Source: Alphaproteobacteria bacterium (GTDB lineage Bacteria > Pseudomonadota > Alphaproteobacteria > Bin95). From it: DNA of 64,000 nt. The stretch covers positions 832,001 to 896,000 of the forward strand of contig OZ219786.1 of NCBI GenBank assembly GCA_964291285.2, given 5' to 3'. Made by a program: the position numbers and the translations under genes. The notes under the pieces were generated by a model that saw nothing but the letters and a program-made list of their open reading frames with translations, did not search any database and was not told where the DNA came from. Of the stretch, positions 1-9,513 are shown piece by piece; the stretch's first letter is position 1; the number at the start of each line of letters is the position of its first letter.

Positions 1-399
1 GTCATGCTGCATCGGGCCATTCTGGGCTCCTTCGAGCGCTTCATCGGCGTGCTTATCGAGCATTACGCCGGGCGGTTTCCGCTCTGGCTGGCGCCGGTGC
101 AGGCGGTGGTGGCCACGATCACGAGCGACGCCGACAACTATGCGCGCGAGGTGTTCGCCCGGCTGAGGGAGGCGGGACTGCGCGCCGAACTCGACCTGCG
201 CAACGAAAAAATCGGCTACAAGGTCCGCGAACATTCGGTCGCGAAGGTGCCGGTCATGCTTGTCGTCGGACGCCGCGAGGCCGAGCAGGGAACGGCGGCG
301 TTGCGCCGGCTCGGGTCGAAGGAGCAAGAAATACTTGCAGTTGCCGACTCGATACATACCCTGTTGGAAGAAGCGGCGGTCCCGAGCCGGGGCCGCTAG
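1..399 (+). CDS. thrS: Threonyl-tRNA synthetase, C-terminal part (5' truncated by window)
   Basis: [13 protein letters not shown] motif 3 and anticodon-binding domain (FPLWLAPVQ...KIGYKVRE); upstream of infC. Confidence 0.97.
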   Translation, partial: VMLHRAILGSFERFIGVLIEHYAGRFPLWLAPVQAVVATITSDADNYAREVFARLREAGLRAELDLRNEKIGYKVREHSVAKVPVMLVVGRREAEQGTAALRRLGSKEQEILAVADSIHTLLEEAAVPSRGR

Positions 400-426
400 C
401 GGGAAAGAGCGAGAAGGAGACGGTCC

Positions 427-963
427 ATAGCTCGATACACGTCTACAGTGCCGCCCAAGAAGGAAGGGCCGCGCGTGAATGAGGACATCGAAGCGCGGTC
501 GGTCCGCCTGGTCGGCGCTGACGGCAGCATGCTCGGTGTTGTGGAGATCGACGAAGCGCTGGGAGCGGCCGAGGCCGCAGGCCTCGACCTGGTGGAGGTC
601 TCGCCCAATGCGGAGCCGCCGGTTTGCAAGGTCCTCGATTACGGGCGTTTCAAATACGAAGCGCAGAAAAAGAAGAACGAGGCGCGCAAGAAGCAGAAGA
701 CCATCGAGGTCAAGGAAATCAAGATGCGTCCCGGGATCGAGCAGCATGACTACGATACCAAGATGCGCTCGGTCCGGCGGTTCCTCGACGAAGGCGACAA
801 GGTGAAGGTGACCCTGCGCTTCCGCGGACGGGAGCTGGCCCATCAGGAAGTCGGCCGCGCCGTTCTGCAACGGGTGCAGAACGAGCTCGGCGAGCTGGTT
901 AAGGTCGAGCAGTTCCCCAAGATGGAAGGGCGGCAGATGGTTATGGTGATGTCGCCGCGCTGA
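427..963 (+). CDS. infC: Translation initiation factor IF-3 (probable non-canonical ATA start)
   Basis: [15 protein letters not shown] and [13 protein letters not shown] motifs; AAGGAG RBS at 414-419 precedes an in-frame ATA at 427. Confidence 0.96.
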   Translation: MARYTSTVPPKKEGPRVNEDIEARSVRLVGADGSMLGVVEIDEALGAAEAAGLDLVEVSPNAEPPVCKVLDYGRFKYEAQKKKNEARKKQKTIEVKEIKMRPGIEQHDYDTKMRSVRRFLDEGDKVKVTLRFRGRELAHQEVGRAVLQRVQNELGELVKVEQFPKMEGRQMVMVMSPR

Positions 964-1133
964 CCCTTCGCCGGCATTTGCAATCGCCGGCGGGTGCGAC
1001 GGCATAGCCGCCGCGCCGGCCTTGCGCCCCGCTCCGGGGCCGGCTATACCGCGCGCCTTCGGAACGGATGGTCCGGCGCGTATCAGGGCATGCCCGGCCG
1101 TCCTGAATCCGCCTTTGCTGCAAGGACAGGAAA

Positions 1134-1331
1134 ATGCCCAAGCTCAAGACGAAGAGCAGCACGAAGGGCCGGTTCAAGAAGACCGGCTCCGGCAAGGTGC
1201 TGATGAACCACGCCTACAAGCGCCACTGCCTCGCCAACAAGTCGAAGCGGATGAAGCGCCAGGCGCGCGGAACCACGGCGATGTCGAAGCCGGACGCGAA
1301 GGTCGTGCTCCGCTTCATGCCATACGCCTGA
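1134..1331 (+). CDS. rpmI: 50S ribosomal protein L35
   Basis: [22 protein letters not shown]; infC-rpmI-rplT order. Confidence 0.97.
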   Translation: MPKLKTKSSTKGRFKKTGSGKVLMNHAYKRHCLANKSKRMKRQARGTTAMSKPDAKVVLRFMPYA

Positions 1332-1349
1332 GCGGGGGGATCGCAAGCC

Positions 1350-1706
1350 ATGTCCCGCATCAAGGGCGGCGCCGGCAACCGCCGCCGGCACAAGAAGGTC
1401 CTGGCCCAGGCGAAAGGCTATCGCGGCCGGGCGAAGAACAATTTCCGTATCGCCATCGAGCGCGTCGAGCGCGGGCTGCAATACGCCTACCGGGACCGCC
1501 GGACGCGCAAGCGCAACTTCCGCTCGCTCTGGATCCAGCGCATCAACGCCGCCGTCCGCGAGCACGGGCTCACCTATTCCGCCTTCATGGACGGCATCGC
1601 CAAGGCCGGGATCGAGGTGGACCGCAAGGTGCTCGCCGACCTCGCCGTCCGCGAGCCGGAGTCCTTCAAGGCGCTGGTGGAGCAGGCGCGGGCCGCGCGC
1701 GCCTGA
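1350..1706 (+). CDS. rplT: 50S ribosomal protein L20
   Basis: AKGYRGR...QYAYRDRR...[12 protein letters not shown]. Confidence 0.98.
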   Translation: MSRIKGGAGNRRRHKKVLAQAKGYRGRAKNNFRIAIERVERGLQYAYRDRRTRKRNFRSLWIQRINAAVREHGLTYSAFMDGIAKAGIEVDRKVLADLAVREPESFKALVEQARAARA

Positions 1707-1735
1707 AGGCGTTTCCCGGGTAAAGAGGGCCTTCC

Positions 1736-2812
1736 ATGTCGGACGAATTGACGGCGCTCCGGGACGAGCTGGAGGGTGCCGTGCAGGCGGCCGACAGCCT
1801 GGAGGCGCTGGAGGATGTGCGGGTGCGCGCGCTCGGCCGGCGCGGCTCCGTCACCGGGCTGATGAAGAACCTCGGCCGGGCCGCGCCCGGGGAGCGGCGC
1901 GAGCGCGGCCAGGCCCTCAACCGGCTGAAGCAGGCGGTGTCGGACGCCATCGACGCCCGCAGGGCGGCGCTGGCGGAGGCGGACCTGGAGCGCCGCCTCG
2001 CCTCCGAGCGCATCGACGTCACGCTGCCCGCCCGGCCCGCGCCCGAAGGCAGCCTCCACCCGATCTCGCAGACCATCGACGAGATCACGCAGATATTCGG
2101 CGAGATGGGCTTCCGCTGGGCCGAGGGGCCGGACATCGAGGACGACTGGTACAATTTCACCGCCCTCAACATTCCGCCCGAGCATCCCGCGCGCCAGGAG
2201 ATGGACACCTTCTATCTCGCCGGCGAGGCCGGGTCGCGGCCGGTGCTGCGCACCCATACGAGCCCGGTGCAGATCCGCACCATGCAGGCCGCGCCGCCGC
2301 CGCTCCGCGTCATCGTCCCGGGCCGCACCTACCGCTCCGACCATGACGCCACCCACTCGCCCATGTTCCACCAGGTCGAGGGGCTGGCGATCGGCAAGTC
2401 GATCCATATGGGCCACCTCAAGGGCTGCCTGATCGCCTTCTGCCGCGCCTTTTTCGGCGTGGCGGACCTGCCGGTGCGCTTCCGGCCGAGCCATTTCCCG
2501 TTCACCGAGCCCTCGGCGGAGGTGGATATCGGCTGCACGCGCGAGGGCGGGCAGCTGCGCATCGGCGCGGGCGGCGACTGGCTGGAGATCCTCGGCTCCG
2601 GCATGGTGCATCCGAAGGTGATCGCCAATTGCGGCCTCGACCCGGAAGAGTGGCAGGGCTTCGCCTTCGGCATGGGCATCGAGCGGATCGCCATGCTGAA
2701 ATACGGCATTCCCGACCTGCGCACCATGTATGACTCGGACCTGCGCTGGCTCCGGCATTACGGCTTCCGGCCGCTGGACATTCCCGGCCTGATCGCGGAG
2801 GCGGCAGAGTGA
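1736..2812 (+). CDS. pheS: Phenylalanyl-tRNA synthetase alpha subunit
   Basis: [39 protein letters not shown]. Confidence 0.98.
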   Translation: MSDELTALRDELEGAVQAADSLEALEDVRVRALGRRGSVTGLMKNLGRAAPGERRERGQALNRLKQAVSDAIDARRAALAEADLERRLASERIDVTLPARPAPEGSLHPISQTIDEITQIFGEMGFRWAEGPDIEDDWYNFTALNIPPEHPARQEMDTFYLAGEAGSRPVLRTHTSPVQIRTMQAAPPPLRVIVPGRTYRSDHDATHSPMFHQVEGLAIGKSIHMGHLKGCLIAFCRAFFGVADLPVRFRPSHFPFTEPSAEVDIGCTREGGQLRIGAGGDWLEILGSGMVHPKVIANCGLDPEEWQGFAFGMGIERIAMLKYGIPDLRTMYDSDLRWLRHYGFRPLDIPGLIAEAAE

Positions 2813-5226
2813 AGTTCACCTTCTCCTGGCTGAAGGACCATCTCGACACCGAGGCCGCGCTCGACGAGGTCTGCGAGGCGCTGACCATGCTCGGCCTCGA
2901 GGTGGACGGCGTCGAGGACCGCGCCCGCGACCTGGCCGCCTTCACGACGGCGCGCGTGCTCTCCGCCGAGCCGCATCCGCAGGCGGACCGCCTCCGCGTC
3001 TGCCTGGTGGATACGGGCGCGGAAGAGGTTCAGGTCGTCTGCGGCGCGCCGAACGCGCATACCGGCATGATGGGCGTGTTCGCGCCTTCCGGAAGCTGGA
3101 TACCGGGCACGGCGCTACGGCTGAAGAAAACGGCGATCCGCGGCGTCGAGAGCAACGGCATGCTGCTTTCCGAGCGCGAACTCGGCGTCTCGGACGAGCA
3201 TGAGGGCATCGTCGAACTGCCGGCGGATACCCCGCTCGGCGCGCCCTATGCGCGCGTCGCCGGGCTCGACGACCCGGTGATCGAGATCGGGCTCACGCCC
3301 AATCGCGGCGACTGCGCCGGCATTCGCGGCATCGCCCGCGACCTTGCCGCAAGGGGCCTCGGCGCGCTCAAGGGCGTGCCCGGCTGGGGCGAGACCGTGC
3401 CGGGCGCCTTCGAGAGCCCGGTCGCCGTGCGCCTCGAACTCGGCGGCCGGCCCGAGGCCTGCCCGCTCTTCGCCGGGCGCTATGTCCGGGGCGTGAGCAA
3501 CGGCCCGTCGCCGAAATGGGTCCAGGACCGCCTGCGCGCCGTGGGCCTGCGCCCGATCTCCGCGCTGGTCGATATCACCAATTATTTCACCCTGGACATG
3601 GGCCGCCCGCTGCATGTGTTCGACGCGGACCGGCTGGAGGGCGACGTGGTGGTGCGCATGGGCCGGGACGGCGAGGAGATCGACGCGCTGGACGGCCGCC
3701 GCTACACGGCCGACGCGGACATGACGCTTATTTGCGACGAGGCGAAGGGCAACGCCTTTGGCGGCATCATGGGCGGCGAAGCGACGGGCTGCACCGGAGA
3801 CACGGTCAATGTCTTCCTGGAAAGCGCGCTGTTCGACCCGCTGCGCACCGCCGCCACTGGCCGCAGGATCGGCGTGCAGAGCGATGCGCGCTACCGCTTC
3901 GAGCGCGGCGTCGATCCGACCTCGGCCGTGGCCGGCATGGAGGCCGCCACGCGCATGATCCTCGACTTCTGCGGCGGCGAGGCGAGCCGGCCGGTCGTCG
4001 CCGGCGGGGAGCCGGACTGGCGGCGGCGCTACCGCTTCCGTCCGGAGCGGGTGGAGAGCCTGGGCGGCGTTGCGGTGCCGGCGGCGCGGAGCGTCGAAAT
4101 CCTCCGGGCGCTCGGCTTCGGCGTCGAGGACGGGGACGGCGCGATGTCGGTCGCCCCGCCGCCCTGGCGGCCGGACATTCTGGGCGAGGCCGACCTTGTG
4201 GAGGAAGTGCTTCGGGTCCATGGCTTCGAGCACATCCCGGTGGCCGACTTCCCGGCCCCGACCGTGCTGCCGGCCCCGGCGCTCACCCGCGCGGCGGCGC
4301 GCGCGGCAAAGCTGCGCCGGGCGCTTGCGGCGGCCGGCATGGCCGAGGCCGTCACCTTCTCCTTCATGCCGGCGGGCCGGGCGGCGCTGTTCGGCGGCGG
4401 CGACGCCCTGCTCCGGCTCGACAACCCGATCAGCACCGATCTCGACTGCATGCGCCCCTCCATCCTGCCGAACCTGCTGGACGCCGCCCGGCGCAACGCC
4501 GACGGCGGGCGGGCGGCGGGCGCGCTGTTCGAGGTGGGCCCCGTGTTCCGCCCGGAGGCCGCGGCCATCGAGCCGGACGGGCAGCTGCAGGCCGCCGGCG
4601 GCGTCAGATGGGGCGCCACGCCCCGCCACTGGAGCGAGCGCCCGCGCCCCGTGGATGCGCTCGACGCCAAGGCGGACGCGCTCGCCGCGCTGGCGGCGCT
4701 CGAGGCGCCCGTGGACAAGCTGCGCACGACCGCGGACGCGCCGGCCTGGTTCCATCCCGGCCGCTCGGGCGCGCTCAGGCTGGGCGCGGTCGCGCTGGCC
4801 TGGTTCGGCGAGCTGCATCCCCGCGTGCTGGAGGCCTTCGATGCGACCGGCCCCCTGGCGGCGTTCGAGGCCTTCCCCGACGCCGTGCCGGTGCCGAGGA
4901 CGAAGGCCGGCGGCAAGCTTCGCCCGGCTCTCAGCCGCTCCGCCTTCCAGCCGGTCGAGCGCGACTTCGCCTTCGTGGTCGCCGAGGAGGTCGAGGCCGA
5001 CAGCGTGCTGCGCGCGGTGCGCAATGCGGACAAGGCGCTGATCTCGGACGCGGCGGTGTTCGACGTCTATCGCGGCAAGGGCATCGAGCAGGGGCGCAAG
5101 TCGCTCGCCGTCGCCGTCACCCTCCAGCCGCAGGACGCCACCCTGACCGACGCCGACCTCGAAGCCGCCTCTGCCCGCATCGTCGCCGCCGTCGGCAAGG
5201 CCACGGGGGCCGTGCTGCGAGGCTGA
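2809..5226 (+). CDS. pheT: Phenylalanyl-tRNA synthetase beta subunit
   Basis: [34 protein letters not shown]-terminal FDX-ACB domain; GTGA overlap with pheS. Confidence 0.98.
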   Translation: MKFTFSWLKDHLDTEAALDEVCEALTMLGLEVDGVEDRARDLAAFTTARVLSAEPHPQADRLRVCLVDTGAEEVQVVCGAPNAHTGMMGVFAPSGSWIPGTALRLKKTAIRGVESNGMLLSERELGVSDEHEGIVELPADTPLGAPYARVAGLDDPVIEIGLTPNRGDCAGIRGIARDLAARGLGALKGVPGWGETVPGAFESPVAVRLELGGRPEACPLFAGRYVRGVSNGPSPKWVQDRLRAVGLRPISALVDITNYFTLDMGRPLHVFDADRLEGDVVVRMGRDGEEIDALDGRRYTADADMTLICDEAKGNAFGGIMGGEATGCTGDTVNVFLESALFDPLRTAATGRRIGVQSDARYRFERGVDPTSAVAGMEAATRMILDFCGGEASRPVVAGGEPDWRRRYRFRPERVESLGGVAVPAARSVEILRALGFGVEDGDGAMSVAPPPWRPDILGEADLVEEVLRVHGFEHIPVADFPAPTVLPAPALTRAAARAAKLRRALAAAGMAEAVTFSFMPAGRAALFGGGDALLRLDNPISTDLDCMRPSILPNLLDAARRNADGGRAAGALFEVGPVFRPEAAAIEPDGQLQAAGGVRWGATPRHWSERPRPVDALDAKADALAALAALEAPVDKLRTTADAPAWFHPGRSGALRLGAVALAWFGELHPRVLEAFDATGPLAAFEAFPDAVPVPRTKAGGKLRPALSRSAFQPVERDFAFVVAEEVEADSVLRAVRNADKALISDAAVFDVYRGKGIEQGRKSLAVAVTLQPQDATLTDADLEAASARIVAAVGKATGAVLRG

Positions 5227-5282
5227 GGCGGCGGCCCGTCCGGGCCGGAGCGGCGCATTCGGAAATAATTCTGGCTTGGCGG

Positions 5283-5315
5283 TTGACATTCGCCGTTTTT
5301 ATTCTATATTTGTTC
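5283..5315 (+). promoter_or_regulatory. Sigma70-like promoter with overlapping putative alphaproteobacterial LexA box
   Basis: TTGACA 5283-5288 and TATATT 5305-5310 (16-nt spacer); ATTC-N7-GTTC at 5301-5315, one mismatch to GTTC-N7-GTTC. Confidence 0.55.
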
Positions 5316-5479
5316 TCGCGTAGCTTCGTTTCCCGAAACGTGGCGGGCGCGTATGCCGGGGTCCTTCGGGGCCTCCGGGAGCGGCAGACGGGGTCGCCGC
5401 TCCGGTGTGCAGCGCGCCCGCGCCACCCGCCGGGCCGCCGGCCGAGGGCATGCCGGCAAACCGGTGGGGTGCGCCTGCG

Positions 5480-5648
5480 CGGACCCCGGGCGGGGCTTTG
5501 CGACGCCCGACCTGTCCGCCCGCGGCCCGGAAGGGACCGCCGGCGGAGGGCCTGCCGGCGGACCGGCGGGAGGCGTCCGCGACGGCCCCGGACGGGACCT
5601 TGCGACGCCGAACCTGTCCGCCAGCGGCCCGGAGAGGGGCGCCGGCGG
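5480..5648 (+). repeat. Imperfect ~67-bp direct repeat, 102-bp period
   Basis: 5480-5546 vs 5583-5648 share ttgcgacgcc..acctgtccgcc.gcggcccgga...cgccggcgg. Confidence 0.85.
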
Positions 5649-5675
5649 GTCGAAATGAGAATGGGAGAACGACCG

Positions 5676-6128
5676 ATGACGAACGAACGGAACGACCCGG
5701 CGGCCGGCGCGCTGCCGGAGGACGCGCTGCCGGCGCCGAAACAGGGCCGGGCCGCGAGCCTGGAGGTGCGCGGCCTGGCGGTGGCGGCCGTATTGCGCGG
5801 CGGCGCGACTGTGGCGGCGGCGGCGCGGACCTTCGGGGTGGAGGAAAGGAGCGTCCAGCGGTGGCTGAAGCAGTTCCGGGAGCGCGGCCATCTGCGGCCC
5901 GGCAGATCGGGCGGCAGCGAGTCGCGGACCGAGCGGTACCGGGACATCATCTTCCGCGTCCTGGCGGCGCAGCCGGGGCTTTCCAGCTACGGACTGCGGG
6001 ACGCGCTGGCGGCCGAGGGCGTCCATTTCCACGCGAGGACGCTGCAGCGCTTCCTGAGGCGCCACGGCCTGGCCGGCAGGAACAACCGCTCCCGCGCCCT
6101 CCTCGACCAACCGGCGCAACCGGCCTGA
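5676..6128 (+). CDS. Stand-alone helix-turn-helix protein resembling the N-terminal DNA-binding part of IS630-family transposases (no DDE domain)
   Basis: GGAGA RBS at 5664-5668; AAARTFGVEERSVQRWLKQFRERGHLRP and TLQRFLRRHG motifs. Confidence 0.7.
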   Translation: MTNERNDPAAGALPEDALPAPKQGRAASLEVRGLAVAAVLRGGATVAAAARTFGVEERSVQRWLKQFRERGHLRPGRSGGSESRTERYRDIIFRVLAAQPGLSSYGLRDALAAEGVHFHARTLQRFLRRHGLAGRNNRSRALLDQPAQPA

Positions 6129-6211
6129 GGGACGGAAACACGGCCTCCGGCCCCGAGCCACGGCTGTCCGGTTGATGCTCTATCTCGTCGCCCCGGCCCC
6201 CGCCGGCCCCA

Positions 6212-6363
6212 CCCCTCATCCTGAGTAGCGACCGCGCCAGCGGGCGCGTATCGAAGGGCCTGTCCTGAGCCTGCCGAAGGGGACCGTCCCGAACTGCCGG
6301 CAGCCGTCCTTCGATACGCGCCGGCCTTCTCAGGGCGAAGGCCGGCGCTACTCAGGATGAGGG
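6212..6363. repeat. REP/MITE-like palindromic element with nested palindromes
   Basis: ccctcatcctgagtagcg (6213-6230) inverted to cgctactcaggatgaggg (6346-6363); inner gcgcgtatcgaagg / ccttcgatacgcgc; half copy at about 44327-44368. Confidence 0.8.
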
Positions 6364-6677
6364 ACGCCGGGCGGTCGAACCCGGGCCTTGCGTCCTGCCC
6401 GCTGAATCCAAACCGGACAGCAATGGCCCCCGAGCCGGGGTGGCGGAGGAGGCTGTGCGAACGACACTGTTTCAACCCGAACGGATCGTGCTCTAACGTC
6501 CCGCGAGTTGGAGCCAGAACCAGAAAAGGGCGAAAAGCACCGGCTGGTGCAGCAGGTAGTAAACGAGGCTGTGGCGGCCGATGAAACGAACGGCGTTTCC
6601 GGACCATCCCTCAAGTCTCGGCACCGCCAGGACCTGCAGCCAGCCTGCCCGATGGCACAATTTCGCCGCTCCCACGC

Positions 6678-8699
6678 CTAGCCCGACTTCCGCAACTCGG
6701 GGGTCATGAGGATGCTAACTCATTGAATAGCCTTGATCGTCTCCCCGAGGGTCGGCACTACAAGGCGGCGAACGGAGAGGCGGCGCCGTGTGCCGTCAGG
6801 CGGAGATCCGGGGTGCGGGTTGCTGCGGCCAGGTCATGCCGAGCTGTTGCAGCAGTAGCTCGTGCTCCTTGTTCGGCCGGGTGTGGCGCGGCAGGACGAG
6901 GTGCCGGCCGTCGGTGGTTGGCAGATGGACGTCCACCATCTGGATGGTGGCGAAGGCCTCAAGGATGGCGCGTGGGGTGAGGCCCGGGGCGCGCGGCCGG
7001 GCGAGGTTCTTCAGGGTCACCAGCAGGCAGTAGGCGATGAACGAGACGAAGATATGCGCCTCGATGCGCTCTTGGCGCTGATGGAAGATGGGGCGGATCG
7101 CGAGGTCGTGCTTGAGTTCCTTGAACGCCTGCTCGATCTCGACGAGCTGCATGTACAGATGCCACAGCGTGGCGGGGTCTTCGGCGACCATGTTGGATCG
7201 CAGCAGGTAACGGCCCTCGCGGCGGCGGACCTGGCGCAGCCGGTCGCGCTGCAGGCGGAATGAGAAGCCGTTGGCGGCGAGTTCGCTGTCGGTCCCGGGC
7301 ACGGTGATGTCGACCAGGCTCCAGGCCCGGCCGGCCTCCTTCCTGGCGGCGCCGAGCTTGAGCAACAACTGATCCCGGCTGTTCGACTGCCCTTGCAACT
7401 CGGCCAATCGACGCCACAGCCTCTTCAGCCGGCGCCGGCGCATGCCGCGTTCCTTCACCTGCCGCCCCTCGCTGCGCACCAGGACGTAGAGCTCGCCATC
7501 CTCGACCAGAAGCTTGACAGTCACGGACTGGCGCACCTCCTGCCAGGGCAGGCCCAGGAACACCTTCTCGAGCCGCGTCAGCCGGCCCTTGGGCGTGCCC
7601 ACCAGGTAGCGCACCGGCGCCTCGCCCTCGCGCATCGCGGCCAGCGTCTCCTCGGTGGGGATGCCGCGGTCCATGATCCACACCCGCTCGGAGCGGCCAT
7701 ACTGATCCTCGATCTTCTTGAGGAACGCCGCCAGCGTGGTGTCGTCGGAGGTGTTGCCCGGCATCACCTCATAGGCCAGCGGAAAGCCCTGCGGCGTAAC
7801 GATCAGGGCGATCACCACCTGCACGCAGTCGGGCCGCTTGTCCCGGCTGTAGCCGAAGCGGCGCTTGTCATCGAACGGCGGATCGCTCTCGAAGTAGGTC
7901 GAGGTCAGGTCGTAGAGCAGCACGTCGAAGCGCGCCTCGAACAGCGTCGCCCAGCGGTCGCGCAGAAACGAGAAGAAGCCCTGCTTGTGCGCCAGCAGCT
8001 TGTCGAGACAGCGATAGAGTGTGTCGTCGGCGATCGCCCGCTCGCCACCCAGAAGATCGCGAAGCGCGCTGTGCTCATACCAGTGACGGTGAAGGCGCCA
8101 CTCGCTGCCCGGGTCGATCAGCCGGTAGCAGACCTGGATCTTCAGGATGTCCAGCCACCGCGTGCCTTGCCGGCTCGCCGGCAGCCGCTCTTCCCAGAAG
8201 CGGTCCAGGTCCAGGCGGTCCCACAAGGACAGCGCCAGCCAGCACGCCCCCCACTGGCGCGGGTCGTGAAGCGCCACCTGCGAGAGGTCGATCTTCACCA
8301 CTTCGCAAGTCAGCGCCGGCGCCTCCCGGTCCTCGGGAAACAGCGCCATCTGCCGTGATCGCGACTTGCCCTCCACCACCTCGATCGAGCGGCACCACGC
8401 CGCTCGCTGGCTGTCGTTGATCTCCCCGAGATAGAGCACCTGACGCTGAACAACCCGACCGCCGTGGACCCGGACGTTCTCCACAACGCTCCAGTAGCGG
8501 TGCTCCTTGCCGTCCTTGAAGCGTCTCTTGCAGCGCACGAACATCAGCGCAGCGTCCGGATCTTCGCCAGCCCGATCAAGGGGGTAGGTCGGCACTACAA
8601 GCCGGTCCCGAGAGGTACTGCACCGAAATCCGACACTTCTCGCGCCGGAAAACCGTCAAATCAGTCGATTCTCAAGCCGAGTTGCGGAAGTCGGGCTAG
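6678..8699. mobile_element. IS1634-family insertion sequence (coordinates include both CTAG copies)
   Basis: Perfect inverted repeats ctagcccgacttccgcaactcgg (6678-6700 / 8677-8699); CTAG at both ends consistent with a 4-bp target duplication. Confidence 0.92.
6796..8544 (-). CDS. IS1634-family DDE transposase
   Basis: MFVRCKRRFKDGKEHRYWSVVEN N-terminus; LYDLTSTYFE, GYSRDKRPD, IMDRG, IEQAFKELK, RPIFHQ. Confidence 0.92.
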   Translation of the reverse strand: MFVRCKRRFKDGKEHRYWSVVENVRVHGGRVVQRQVLYLGEINDSQRAAWCRSIEVVEGKSRSRQMALFPEDREAPALTCEVVKIDLSQVALHDPRQWGACWLALSLWDRLDLDRFWEERLPASRQGTRWLDILKIQVCYRLIDPGSEWRLHRHWYEHSALRDLLGGERAIADDTLYRCLDKLLAHKQGFFSFLRDRWATLFEARFDVLLYDLTSTYFESDPPFDDKRRFGYSRDKRPDCVQVVIALIVTPQGFPLAYEVMPGNTSDDTTLAAFLKKIEDQYGRSERVWIMDRGIPTEETLAAMREGEAPVRYLVGTPKGRLTRLEKVFLGLPWQEVRQSVTVKLLVEDGELYVLVRSEGRQVKERGMRRRRLKRLWRRLAELQGQSNSRDQLLLKLGAARKEAGRAWSLVDITVPGTDSELAANGFSFRLQRDRLRQVRRREGRYLLRSNMVAEDPATLWHLYMQLVEIEQAFKELKHDLAIRPIFHQRQERIEAHIFVSFIAYCLLVTLKNLARPRAPGLTPRAILEAFATIQMVDVHLPTTDGRHLVLPRHTRPNKEHELLLQQLGMTWPQQPAPRISA

Positions 8700-9513
8700 A
8701 AGCGCCGGCGCGAGCCAGGGAAACAAGGGACGGAAATCGCTTGCCGCGGGCGCGACGCTCCCGAGGCCGAGCCAACTCAGCGCCGATGCGTTCAACCACT
8801 CGATCGCAATGAGTTCATCGACCGCGAAGACCGCAGCCGCGAATGCCACGGCCAGCCACCAAGGAGCGCGGAGAAATGCGAGCCCGGCGATGCTCGCAAT
8901 CGCGATCATGTGCAGGATGCCGAAAAAGATGTAGGTCTCCGGTGTCACGAACCGTGTCACGATGGTGATCGCCAGTGCAGCAAGCACGATGATAACGAGG
9001 CGCCGCCTCCATGGTCTCCACCGATTCCGTCGCTGTGCGCGAGATAGAGGCTGGCGCCGGTAAGAAAGAGAAAGCTGCCGGCGACAATGGTCGCAAGCGT
9101 CCACCAATGGAGCTGCTCCGAGTAGCCGCGTTCTTCCAGGCCGAAAAACTCAAGGTCGAAAACGAAATGGAAGACGGTCATGCCGAGCAAGGCCGCGCCC
9201 CGGAGGAAGTCCACGAGTGCGATGCGGGGGACCGCGCCCGACGGGGCGGGCGGCGGGTTCGCATCTTTTCTTTCCGCCCGGTGCTTCCTTGCCCGTCTTC
9301 GCGCCATGTGGACAGGTTCCTTCGCTGTCGGCAAGGATAAGGTCCTGCGAGAAACCAATATACGATAATGCGACGTTTGACCGGATTGGACCGGCCCCTC
9401 CAACCGGCTCCCTCGACCCGGACGGCCGCGGGCCAGCCCCCGGATGCTTCTTTCGGGCATCGGCCTTCGCGTTTGCCGCCGCCATGGGGCGGCTGTGCGT
9501 TAAGGACCCTGCT

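Larger units (their letters stand above)
6493..9307 (-). pseudogene. DUF1624 / heparan-alpha-glucosaminide N-acetyltransferase-like membrane protein, disrupted by IS1634 and a 1-bp frameshift
   Basis: RIALVDFLRGAALLGMTVFHFVFDL, YIFFGILHMIA, SDFRPLFPWLAP and GRHSLVYYLLHQPVL fragments; frame restored across the IS with one CTAG; frameshift near 9023. Confidence 0.88.

Noticed and set aside
3516-5675. N-terminal 720 aa of the 870-aa ORF
   Set aside because: Off-frame within pheT and the intergenic region; only 5676-6128 has an RBS and a domain signature
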